From contig MCFE01000345.1 of NCBI GenBank assembly GCA_002104905.1, positions 1 through 64,000 on the forward strand: a stretch of DNA of 64,000 nt, in the 5' to 3' direction. The stretch is from Basidiobolus meristosporus CBS 931.73. Its lineage: Eukaryota > Fungi > Basidiobolomycota. Positions 13,466 through 26,118 of the stretch are shown piece by piece (position 1 is the stretch's first letter; each line of letters begins with the position of its first letter). The position numbers and the translations under genes are program-made. The notes beneath the pieces are model-generated. The model did no database searches. It was not told where the DNA came from and was given only the letters and a program-made list of their open reading frames with translations.

Positions 13466-16400
13466 GTATGTGTATGTCAGTTTCTTAACTTTCCAGGTGT
13501 GGTTAGGGCACAGCTTCTAGGAAGAACTGCCACTGGTGCGTGTGTTTTCGTGCTTGGACGATAATTTCCCTCAAAGAAAGATGAAAAGTGAAGCCAGTTC
13601 TGAAGGAAATCCTTGGGTGTCCTAGGATTGGATTTAGTCGCTCGGGCTAGTAGCGGGGGGTAGGGAGGACGAGAAGGGAGGTTTTAGTCGAGAGCAGTAA
13701 TAAATATGTTAGCTCGGGCAAGAAAAGCACTTTGGCAAAGTGAACGGGAGCACCAAATATATATATGGACACGGTGGTGAAGCGTAATGTAATGGAATAT
13801 TTAACACAGAAGGGAAGCAAGGAGGGTTGTAGTAATACAAGGTGCCAGATATGAAATCTTGTTCAGGTGGATAGGCGGGGAATTTAACAAAAGGTAGTCA
13901 ATGGTAGAAATCAAAAGACGTATTGAAGGGGAAGGAATGAAATGTTTGAGGTTTGAAGCAAGCTTACATATTATTTTCCATTTAATCCCATCGGTTTTTA
14001 TTTATTTTGATTTCAGCTGCAGGTCCGAAAGCGTGAAATGGCTTAGGCCTGGATCGAGTGGATATGTAAGGTGTACGAATATATCACCTAGTTTAGCAAA
14101 TTACTTAACTAGTACAGTACATGGCAGCTGCTCAATCAATTCTAATCGCTCTGAAACAAAAGAATCACTCAGGTCGTACTGGCCGAATAGCAAGTGGTGG
14201 GCCTTATGACTGACACCAAACCCTCCATCCTTGACGTCGTAGCGACACCCTTGAATACTGAGCATCCCGGATAATATTGCTTGGACGATTCATCGCCTTG
14301 CAGCCAATCACGTCTGGATTTTTTAACAACCAATTTAAGAAATTTAGGATTATTTACAGAAAAGAGAGTTGTCCAGTGAAATGCCCGTCTGGAATATTCT
14401 CCCTATTGCTAATCATGGTATTCGTGGATGAAATTGGCAAATAAGTAGCATCATCAGCAAGTCTCCTCAGTGATTAGCGACCACAAATCATTCTAGAACA
14501 GCACAAGGAAGAAGGTAGAGCCCAACGCCAACGGTAGCGCTGCGACTAATGAGGCGGGCTTCTTGCTGCTTTCTAGTAGCGTCATGCAACTCTGGATGTA
14601 AATCGCTCTAACGCAATGCCGCGAAGCAGGGTTGCTGAAGACGATTGGTCCGGTGAGATTGCCACTATATTCGTACAATATCACCCTACATCCTGCTCGC
14701 CAGGGATTTGATCAACTACCCACCTTAATGCCAGCCAGATTCGCTGCATTCCAGGTAGTCATTGCTCCCCACCAAACCAAGGATTGTTGGAGAATGCGCT
14801 GCAATCAGCAATGCTGGCATTGTCAAGGCTAATCTCACAAGACTGATCCACTCAACCCTGAGGCGATTGGCCACAGCACCTAAGCTGGATCAGAACACGT
14901 CAACCGCGGTGCAGGAAGTCAAATGATATTTTTACGAACAACTTCAGTCCCATTCTAAGAATGGCGGTTCATGGTGGGCAGGAGGGCTCACCGCCACTGG
15001 AGCTGGCTGCCGAGACTTTGTTCCCGAAAAGACTGGTGTTGATTAGGGATTGTTGATTGAGTGGATGATGCAACTCCACATCTGATAGGCGGCCAGCACC
15101 ATCAAATACTGGCTTTATTAACGACTCGAAGATCTGCTCTCTGAATTTGCTCAAGCCATTTGATCTGCATGTGCATCTTCCAATCACCGGGCGCTTGCTT
15201 AGCTATCGCTCACGTGGATGGACAAGCATTTACAACGAGCGCACTTAATGCGTGATGTTTCTTTTTCGAGGTCCCTGAATCCATACGGGAATCGCCTTTC
15301 TCTCAGGGTTCCTGATAAAGTCCCATTCCCACAACAATCATCTAATTGTCTGATCGCTCATCTACCTATTGGCTCTTTGATCCATAATAACATCAAACAG
15401 GTCTGACTGGCATGGAGAGATGTGCATTGAAATGTCCGCTTCCCACTCCCAAACATATCGCTACCATACTTGATCGCTCTTCCGGATACCACCACTTTCA
15501 TCGGCACTTCCAACCAGCATGGAACCAATTGTTCCATATGCGTAGGCTCGCGCCAACTCATGACTTCATGATGATAACCCGGCGTTTCATTTGTCGCATG
15601 CAAGATATGCACATGTGTACTCTTGATGATCCATATAGGTTTCCGGGCGCTGTCTACCGCATACTTCCGGCTCTTGATTCGACTGATACTCATCGTTAAG
15701 CAATCAGTTGTGAGCGAATATGAGGCTAGTGGCTGTTGTAGAGAGTAAGGAAGTCACAACTTTATCTTGTTTTCGGGACAGTTGTGGAGTAGTTAGGGCT
15801 GTGGTAGTATTGGTGGAGTGTGGAATCCAAACCGACCATGTTGGGATTTTACGGGTCTTGGGAAACAGTGGTAACCTATTGGCCAAGATATGTGAATCCT
15901 GGATGGCGATTCTGTACAAGGAGTACGTAATAGTAATAGTGGTTCTTACAGAAGGTGAATTGTTTGCAGCTGTCTTTGGACTAGTGATAATACAAGTGCT
16001 GAGCTAATTTGGGCGGAGTCCAATTCCACACGGCTGAAGAGGTAAATGCAATCCTAGGTGATTGGAAGCAATGCATGCCTCTGTCAACCGTTGCAACCAA
16101 GCATGCGTTCAAAATGGTGAGCATTTATCTCATGCTATTTTACGGGAGATTGAGATGTTTGTTTCTGAGATTATTGGCAGTCAAGTACTCAGCATTTATG
16201 GCGATTGTTGCTAAGTGTTTATACGCTATTGAAATCATCGAATACGAGCACATTGAATAGTACAACCATCCCTTGCTTTACTCAATCACTCCAGATGGTT
16301 GCCAGATACTGAATGCAGATTCATGTAAGGAGTAATCATGGAGGCAGAGTGCTGCATTGGCAACAAAGGTGATTCCGAAGGTTTGGAGGTATGGCGAAGT

Positions 16401-16908
16401 CTGTGTGAATACATGTGGCATAGCAGGGGTTATGCTAGTATAGATTCAACAGACCGGATATCCAAATTAATGCCTGATGGTGTTCAAGTAGATTTACAGA
16501 ATGAAGCTGAGGGCTTAGGGAGAACAGCGTTGGCCTCCTTTCTCTGTTGGCAGGGCCAAAATAGGTAGCACTTTCAGCATAGTGTCAATAAGGCGAGTAC
16601 TTTGCCAAAGCATGATCATATGAGTTGGGTCTTCACTGACAATTTGTAATGGCCTCGTTGTAGGAGTATTTTGTATATACACTAAAAGTTGGGCCATATC
16701 TTTCATAGGACAGTTGTACTGGAGATAAATCAACATGCATTTACATCACGATCATTGTATACACAATAGTTAATCATGATTGATGTCAGCAGCAGATTTT
16801 TTTCCTGGTATAGCCAAACTATCAATCCCGAGCAACCACTTTTTTTTACAAGTCGATATTCAACCGACGCTCTCGTTTCCAGCGCAGCTATTGAATACTG
16901 TAGCAGAA

Positions 16909-18678
16909 ATGGGTATTCTGGAGAAAATCGGAGAGATCGAGAGAGAAATCTCTCGTACTCAAAAGAATAAAGGTATGCGTTTTCGAAGGTGTTATTTCTT
17001 GTCTACAACCGATGTTTTAAACCAACATAATCTATCTGACAGCCACTGAGCATCATCTTGGTCTCTTGAAGGCCAAATTGGCCAAATATAGGCTTCAACT
17101 TCTCGAACCCAAAGCTACAAGTGCTAAGGTATTGTTCATATCTTTATGCATATGGCGGAATCGATAGTTTGGGTAACCAACAGGACCTGGTATTCACACC
17201 GCAATTCATTTGAAAATTTAGGGTGAGGGTTTCGATGTCATGAAGTCTGGTGATGCCCGTGTAGCCCTGATTGGGTTTCCTTCTGTTGGTAAATCTACCT
17301 TACTAGGAAAACTGACCGAGACTCACTCGGAGGCTGCATCATACGAGTTTACCACTCTTACCTGCATTCCTGGCAAAATTGAGTACAACGGTGCTAGTAT
17401 TCAGTTGTTAGATTTGCCCGGTATTATTGAGGGTGCCGCCCAAGGTATGAGTAGTTTTGAAGAGCAGGTATATCTCAACTGCTCACTCCAAAGCTCTTTG
17501 CAGGCAAGGGTCGTGGTCGTCAGGTTATTGCCGTAGCTCGTACAGCAGATCTTGTTCTTATTATGCTTGATGCCACCAAGAGTCATCAACAAAGGTATGT
17601 ATACCCGAGAATTTTCTCGACGTGATGTCGGTCTAACTGCAGAACATAAAACAGAATGCTTCTCGAAGCCGAGTTGGAGGCAGTAGGTATCCGTTTAAAT
17701 ACCCAAAAGCCCAACGTTTACTTCAAGGTATACTATTCATCTTGATTACGTGTTTTTCTTGCGTAAACAGGAACACTTACGGTTATATCCAGGTGAAGAA
17801 AGGCGGAGGAATCAGCTTCAACGCCACATGCAAGCTCACACACATGACTCAAAAGCTCGCTCAACAGATTCTTCACGATTACAGTATCCTTTTTGATCGC
17901 CCAGCTTCTATCAGTCCAATGTCTACGTAATGTCCTTGACTTGTATTGTTGCCAGAAATTTTCAATGCCGAAGTTCTTATTCGTGAGGATTGCACTGTGG
18001 ATCAGTTCATTGATGTAGTGTTAGGAAATCGAAAATACCTTAAGTGTCTTTATGTAAGTTGGTCAACATTTGACAGCTCAGCCGGGGCTCCAACCTAATC
18101 TTTCTACAGTGTTACAACAAGATCGATCAAATCACCATGGAGGAGGTGGACAGAATTGCTCGTGAACCTCACACCGCAATCATTAGTTGCGAAAGTGACC
18201 TCAACCTGGATTACCTTGTAGAACGCATCTGGAAGGAGTTGAATCTTCTCCGTGTCTACACCAAGAAACGTGGAGGTAATTAGAGTAATAGCAACGTTGC
18301 TGTGTGCGCTGCAACTGACACGTTCTTTAGAGTATCCCGATTTCGAAGGTGGCTTGATCATTAGAAACGGTGCCACCATTGAACACGTGGTAAGTTTTTG
18401 ATGCCATCGCAATGCACTTCATAGCGGTTATTACGATACTAAGTGGATTCTATCAAATCTCCTCTAGTGCCACGTCATTCATCGAACACTCGTGGAGGAT
18501 TTCCGTTATGCTCTGGTTTGGGTAAGTTTCAAGTAAAGCCTCCAAACAGCCGTATCAGACAGATTAATCTTGCATGAACGTACATTAGGGAACCTCCACC
18601 AAGCATAACCCTCAGCGCGTTGGCCTGAACCATGTCGTTGAAAATGAGGATGTCATTCAAGTTGTTAAAAAGAAGTAG
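16909..18678 (+). CDS. RBG2: Developmentally regulated GTP-binding protein 2 (DRG2/Rbg2, OBG family, TGS domain); about 11 exons
   Basis: [92 protein letters not shown], and C-terminal [29 protein letters not shown]. Ten GT-AG introns were traced by hand. Confidence 0.95.
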
Positions 18679-18957
18679 ACTAGCATCGATATTTCAGTCT
18701 CATCGTAAGAATAAATGAAAAATTAATATCCGGAACTACACTTTAGTAGTAATACTGCGCATGAGTAAGATCAGGTGGATGCATTCGAATTCGAAATGCA
18801 GCAGAAGTTGCCTTGTACTCATGGTGCGAGGGTTACGAATCAGCCTGTTAATTGGTAACGTCGATGCTGCTTTGAGTGTCTAGTGATAGGTTAGCCTGCA
18901 TGACGCTTCCGTGCTGTGCTCTATAAATTCGACACTTCCGAACACACTGCAACAGCC

Positions 18958-19440
18958 ATGTTAGCTATGACCGACCACAAGGACATTTTAGGCACTCTCT
19001 TGGAGCAGGAATCGCGTCTTCAGTTCACACAGTTCACCAACGAGGATGCGCTTCAACTTGGGCTTTTGATTCACACCAAGGCGAAATCATTGGGCGATCT
19101 ACCCGTGGCCATAGACATCTCCCGGAATGGCCACTGCCTTTTTCATTTTGCGATGGGCGGGACTTCCCCCGATAATGCGGAGTGGATCCAGCGCAAATCC
19201 CGCACCGTTCTCCGTTTTGAGCACAGCTCCTTCTATATGGGTCAATTGGTAGCCAGCCAGAGCAAGACACTGGAGCAGAAGTTTATGGTGTCCGAGAAAG
19301 TATATGCGCCTCACGGCGGTGCCTTTCCGCTGATCATCAAGAATGTGGGCGTTGTGGGAGCAATCGTGGTCTCAGGTCTCCCTCCACAGGAAGATCACAA
19401 ACTTGTTGTAGATAGCATCCAAGAGTACCTTAAAATCTAA
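18958..19440 (+). CDS. UPF0303 / DUF336 (GlcG/HbpS-like heme-degrading domain) protein; intronless
   Basis: LEQESRLQFTQFTNEDALQLG...DNAEWIQRKSRTVLRFEHSSFYMG...YAPHGGAFPLIIKNVGVVGAIVVSGLPPQEDH; ATG at 18958 or 18967; TATAAA at ~18922. Confidence 0.88.
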   Translation: MLAMTDHKDILGTLLEQESRLQFTQFTNEDALQLGLLIHTKAKSLGDLPVAIDISRNGHCLFHFAMGGTSPDNAEWIQRKSRTVLRFEHSSFYMGQLVASQSKTLEQKFMVSEKVYAPHGGAFPLIIKNVGVVGAIVVSGLPPQEDHKLVVDSIQEYLKI

Positions 19441-20122
19441 TCACTGATGAAATAAATAGATCAGCCCATGTCCCATGCCAACATCCTACAGCCTTTGTTT
19501 ATTACCAGATATAATCAACCATAGAAGTTGCCTCCTAGGTGGAGGTGTCTTACGGTAAGCATAGGTCGCGATTTACCTTGGTCCCGTAGATGGCTGCATC
19601 AATGAGCCACCTTTCGAACTAGGTTTTGGGAGCTTAGGGCTACCAAATACTGAGTCGAGTCGTCATAGTAGACATGGGTAATAAAGCTGTAATACAGCCT
19701 CCAAACCCAACCCAACCCCTAGCCATTTCGTCGGGTTTGGATGATAACACCAGGGAACCGTGATGGTGCTGCAAGAGTATTCAAAAATATCCCATCTTGG
19801 AGATGCTGCTCCCATTAAGCCATGTGTTAACGAATTCCTTCGGAATGATGTTTTGTCACACAGTGATTGAAAAAAGTAGAACGAACTGAACAAAAGAGTA
19901 GATATATCTAGTGCTTCTAAAAGGTGACCGTAGTGTATAGATATCTGGGCTTGATAAATAGTGCCATAGGAATACGATCATGCGATAATAGTACACTGTC
20001 GGGGGAGAGTTGACGGTATGGAAGAAACAGAAAAAGGTGGATGGGGATACATAAGGTTAGTAGAAATACAAACGGAACGTCGAACTTGGCAGAAACCAAG
20101 GCAGTTGCAATAACCGAGGATC

Positions 20123-23100
20123 TCATTTGGTCGAGGACGACGCATACGACTTGGATCTGGCAAGCTGCGTGCTGCCGAGTGGTGTCGTGGCCACTAGCAA
20201 GTTACCAGAGGAAACACTTCGCTCCGTCTTCCGGTATTGCTCTCTTTGTAGTTCAGAATTCACGGGCTCATGGTTTTCATTCAGATGAAGCTGCTGTAGT
20301 TGCTGCTTTTGTTGAGCCGTGATAATCATGGAGGACTTTTTCTTGTTGGTTTCGTTGAGGAGGTCGACATTTTTGTACATAAACGTATCGAACTCCGGGT
20401 CTAGCACACTTGGCGGTCTTGGGATTAGAAGCGGATCGATCAGTTTGGAGCCCTTGCCTCTACGTAGAACCGAGATTCGTCGCTCCCTCTTCGGGGTCAC
20501 GAACGTTGGCGGTGGGCTAATGTTGTCAAATACATCTTCATTAAGCGAGTTTGTAATGTCCATCAACGGCGTGTGAGGAGTAACAGTCTGTGGGGTGTTC
20601 TCCGTTTCAGCCACACTTGCTGTGGAGAGGCTTCGTATATCTGCACGCATGTTTCGAACTAAAAGAACAGAATTAGCTGGGGCTCGTAAGTAGCGATATT
20701 GGACACTAACCATCAAAGTAGCTGGTGTCGAGTTGGTCAATGGGATCAGGGATAAAAGGTGGCTCATGCTCTCTCATATTATCCCAGTTTATTCCATCAA
20801 AGAACGGATGCTTCTTGACACCTGGATATAGGGTGTAGCGTTGAGTGGCCGAGCCTTCAAGCAGCATCAACAACGATAGATACCTTCTGATTTCAAACGG
20901 ACTTCGGGATCTACAGTAAGCAGCTTTGAAATAAGATCCTTTGCGGAATCCGACAAGATCCCCTCCGGAGGCCAGTCAATTGCTATGAACAATACTTGAT
21001 CAGTCACCGCTCCAAATCCCTCAACCCTTCATTATTTACCATGATTTAGAATGTTTTTGAATATCGCTTCGGGAGTCTCATCCATAAATGGTGGATAGCC
21101 CACCAGGAACTCGAAGAGACAAACACCCAGTGCCCACCAATCAACAGCAGGGCCTATTAACGAGGTAATGTCTTAGTTGAACGCGTGGGCGGCCGAAGCT
21201 AGCAAGCAACATACCATGTCCAACCCCAGTCAGGAGCTCAGGTGCCAGATAGTCGGGTGTTCCTAGCAGCTTGGTATCTCGAGCTACTTCGCTTTTCAAT
21301 GCGCGCAACCGGGCAGATGCAATCTTATCACGACTCAACGTGCCTCGTAATGAATTATGCGAGGCCATAGACTGTAGCGATTGTTCTAGTGCCGCACGGC
21401 GAAGGTTTTTATGAGATTTCAGGGTTCCTCGGAGGTTCTGAAGGAAGGGTTAGTTGAAGTCGGGGAAGGCCTTTTGGGCCGGAATATACGGCCATACCAT
21501 CTTCTCCGTGGAAGCACCAGAGTATGCCTCCTTCTCCTTGACTGATATTCTGGATAAGCCAAAGTCCTACCAAAAGAAAATCAATGCTTTGATTACATCA
21601 ATCGCTACACAACTAATCATACTGTCAATTTTATGTGTCCTTCAGCGTCAATCAAAAGGTTGTCCGGTTTCAGATCTCTGTGAGTTATTCCGTTATTATG
21701 CAAGTACTCCAGAGCAAGGACTGTCTCTGCTGTGTAGATGCGGGCCATATCTTCCTCAAAAGCACCCATTATTTGCAACAATGAGCTCAAGTCGCCACCG
21801 ATCAAATACTCCATTACCTTAAGTGGGAGAAGGTGGTGAGATTTCAGCATTCCAAAACAGTCATGCGAGACTTACCAGATAAAGATAGTCAGTGGATTGA
21901 AAAGCATAATAGAGCTTGACGACGAACGGGGTTTTTGCCAAGCTCATCACACGTCTCTCGGCCATCACCTGACTGACCATGTTCTTCCGGACCATATCCG
22001 ACTTCTTCAGAATCTTGATGGCATACAGGTCATGTGTAGTCCGTTTCTTGGCTAGATATACTTTTCCAAAGGCGCCTCGACTGATCGGCTTCAAGATTTC
22101 GAAGTCTTTGATACTCGGCATCCTGGCCCCTCGCTGAGTCTAGAGCATCAAGACGACTTAGTACATGGGTTGCTTGGACTGTTCCATACATTAAAGCATG
22201 ACTTACTGCTTTTTCAAGGACGCTGCCGCTGCAATAAGACGTAGATCTTTTACCACCACCACGTAGAATAGCATTGAACAGTGAAACAAGTCTTTTGGAG
22301 CCTGACGGCCCAACCAAGGGCGAGGAGCTATTGTCCGTTTCTAAGTTCATTCAGGTTAGACTCGGCTAGCCCGCTGATATCCATGGAGACGATATTGTGG
22401 CTTACCATAGCTGAGGCTTCGAGTGGGGACAGGCCCGCTGAATGAGCGACTATTGCGGTGGTTGTTGGAATATCCATTGTTGAAACCGGTGGCAGAAGGC
22501 TCCTGCCCAGAGCGAACACTCAAATTGGTAGAAGAGACGGAATTGGCATTGTTGGCTGCATATGTGGTGTGGAATTTGGAGAGTAAATCGGACTTCTCTT
22601 GGATCTTTGAAAAAAAGCGTTAGCCACAGCACCAGCGATTTTGGTACAAACCTCACTTACGATTCCATTAGCTCTGTTTGCATAGTTTATAATCTGTGTA
22701 TCAACACCGGAGCTGGGCGTACTTCCAATGATACGATTGAGCTTATCTCGGTACTTTTGGAATTTGGAAGTGGCATACTTTCCGGAGTCATTGATTCGAA
22801 TGGTTCTATAAAAAAACTAAGTCCTTCTTTCACAATGAAAAGCAGTCATATTTTTAGCTTACTTGTTGACCATATGCTCGATATTCTCCGCGTCCTTGAT
22901 CATACGGTTGCTTCCACCAGATTGCTACAATAACGTCAGATTCCCATTTTTCTCTCATATTCGACTATGGTAAACTAACCATCAATTCCTGCCTCCGACG
23001 AGCAACTGATCCGGCAAGCCTTTGTAGACCAAGGTTGATTTCGTCCTGCTTGATATGATATTGCTGCGTTACAGCACAATGCTCAGAATGCCGATCCAGC

Positions 23101-26100
23101 TGATATGATGAAACTTCCTCCTCGCATATACGACACAGGATCATTTCCGGAGTATCTGGAGTACTAAATGCAGATTCATCCAAAGCCATACTATCCAAAG
23201 GCAGACTCTCCTTGGACAGCTGCACCGAGTAGGAGGATGTGGATTTCCGAGACTGCTCGCGATCCAGCTGAGGTCTAAATAGATTTTTTTCACTGGATGG
23301 ATCACTTGTACGTGTGGGGGTTTGTGGTGGAGTATCGGAAGAGGTGGACAAAGAGCTGGACCCACTTGACATGGATAGCCGTAAAGATTTGAAAAAGTTT
23401 ATCACCTGCCGTCCGCTCTGAAGCATGGGAGAAGCGTTAATCCGAGCGGATCAACTTTGCTACGGATACGTGAAGACTAACCTTTCGATGTTCCTTGGGT
23501 TTAGTAGGGGTGCGGTCACTGTTTCCCCGGCGAAGCATCAACTCTCGCTCCAAATTACTATTAAGGAAGACCTGATCGATATCTGAGCCTGCTTTTGATC
23601 GTCTAGCCTCGGCTTCCATTGTAGTATTGTGATGCATCAGCCGGCTTGGGCGCATTAGAATGGCACTCTCAGAAACTCTCCGTTTTTCCAAAAACGGGGG
23701 GGATTCCGAAAAAACGGGGCTTCGGATTCTCGAGGGGTCCGTTAAGGTACCCTGTAGTCGGGAGTTTTGAAGTGAGGTCTGTGCTGACAATGTGGGTGAG
23801 GCGGAAAGCGTGGAAATGGTTGCAGATGAGGTTTGGGGGGTCTTTGTAGGGCTGGGTGGGAGGCTTTGTGCTTTGTGATGGACAGGACTGGCGGGAATAG
23901 TATTGACAACAGGTGGCGTGAATAATGGCCGAGATAGTATAGGCTCTGGCGTAGGGCTTTGCGAGCACTCGTTGCGCAGTGGGGAAGTAGGGCGAAATGG
24001 TGAAGTGAATTCCAGGATAGTCGGCGTTTCGACTCTAATCAAATCACTTGTGTCAAAAACGACACGGTCTTCATTGATTTTTTGCTGCCATTTCACTGTT
24101 GGTAAGTACTCGTAAAAACTCAAAACTAGTATGTACTGTGTATCCTACCAAATCCCCGACTAGACGAGCACAGGGAGCAAATATCCAAACCAGGCTAGAT
24201 AAAAAATCGTCCACTAGGGCATTGCCCACCGATAGAGCTCTCTGCTCATCAAGGAATTGCTGTAAACTAGACATAATCTCTCCGGCTCTGCCTTGTTGGT
24301 CTAATTCCTCAACCTCTACATCTAGGATCTGCCTGGCTAAAGATTCCACCCGAGTAAGAAGGGTGACATGCGATGATGCTATTGGTGGTGAACCCGTGAA
24401 TACGTTGCTTCTACAGACAAACAAAAAAACACACTAGAAATGGATTCTTACCTAAAGCAGTAGGAGGCCAACTCTTTGGTCTGGAGAATTCTTTCGGAGG
24501 CTTACGCTGTCGAGAGGAGTTCTCAGGGATTATATCCAGTCGCATGGACTGGGTTGATTTGGAATCATGTACATCCGGCAACTCGATGCCTTGTCCCTCA
24601 TCGTCAGACCCTTCGAAGTTCTGGTAGAGCTGCTTCAGGAGCTGTTTGATCTGTGCATCTGCTTTGGTTTTCGCCAGCTTCAGTTCCTCATAAATAGTTT
24701 GCTTCACATGGACCGAAGAAAATTTATCATCGATCAGTCCCAATGCAGACATGCTTCCTTCTGGTGTCCCAGAGGTGGATTCAGTATTCAAGCTCGTTTT
24801 TCTAGATTGTCGTCCCAGGAATAATGGTGAGATATCAGACGAAGTACTATCGCATTCTTCGTCATCAAACTCCGAGTGGATCGGCGAATCAGTTCCCAGT
24901 GTGCTGTTACTATTCCTGGATTTCTCACTACGGGGCGTGGTGTATTTATGACCTAAATGTAGAAGGTTAAAGTCAAGTTGGGAGAGTTAAAGAGATGTAG
25001 GGGGCCTAGTGCCAGATTTCGTATGAATTCCGAACAGACATAAGGACATAGGACTATCGAGTACCTTGACTAGGATCCGACTTTGCATCGGAAGGTTGAA
25101 TATTCAAAACCTTTCGGAGGGAAGACGGCGTAGAGGAGCGCTTTATGTGGGTTTTGGTGAAAGCACTAGTTTCTGAGCCCTTATGAGAACCCAGGGAATT
25201 AAAAGAGTCTTCACCGGGATTTTTGGATCTGGGGACTGGCACTGGCTTCGAGGGCTTGGATGAGAACAACGAGTCCGAATCAAATGTATTTTTATAGAAT
25301 GGCGGGGAGACGAAAGGAGATGTGGACATCCTTCCGGACGCAGAACTGCAAGAAGAGGTGGAATCTGTGAAGGAGCAAGCTGGAGATAAATTAAGTGCGT
25401 CAGAGATACTTCTGGTATGAAGTGGCTCTAGCGTCAGGTTTTTCTTGTTTTTTTTTGACAGGGGCGCGGATGGAACAGGCAGCTCCGAGGGATTCGTATT
25501 CATACCGACAAACGGTTGCTTAACTGCGTCTGTTGTTGTATGCTTATATTTCTCGACGTTTAGTCTTGACGTGCCCTCAATATCGGGGAAGGAATCAACG
25601 GCATTCAAAGCAGCAGTTAGTGTAGAGTTGCGAGATTGATTGGAGTTTAAAATATGCTTAGAGGGTTTATGAACCAAGCTACTCAGCTTGAAGCTCAACT
25701 CTGGGGAATGTTGCTTATGAGATAATGGGCTTGAATATGAATCGAAAATTTTGTTTGTGCTGGTTCTTATGTTGCCCGAGTGAGTGTACGGCTTATAAGT
25801 ATTGTACGAAGTCCACCGCTGCATTGAGTGTGAACGTGGTCTTCGCTTTTGACCCACCTTATCATTTTGAGCTGAGGGCAGTATTTTTAGTTTTCTTGCT
25901 ACAGAATCATCTCGCTTTGTTGAAAAAGGTATAGCCTGATCGGAAGAGCAGGAGGTAAAGGCACCATCGTTACCCCCACCTAAATTAGGCACCTCGGCAT
26001 CGTTCCTTTTGGGGCTATCGAAAATTGTCCCTCCGAAAAGACCAGCGATATCTTCCAAATACTTGGGTGATGGGGCTGATTTGGAGAGTGAGGTTTCGCT

Positions 26101-26118
26101 CTTTTTGTCTTTTGTCAT
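20123..26118 (-). CDS. Greatwall/MASTL-Rim15/Cek1-like AGC protein kinase; multi-exon
   Basis: [62 protein letters not shown], a long insert before [23 protein letters not shown]-tail [10 protein letters not shown]...PPFIP...DTSYF, and the C2HC finger CRICEEEV...HSEHC. The listed ORF fragments are linked by GT-AG introns. Confidence 0.92.
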
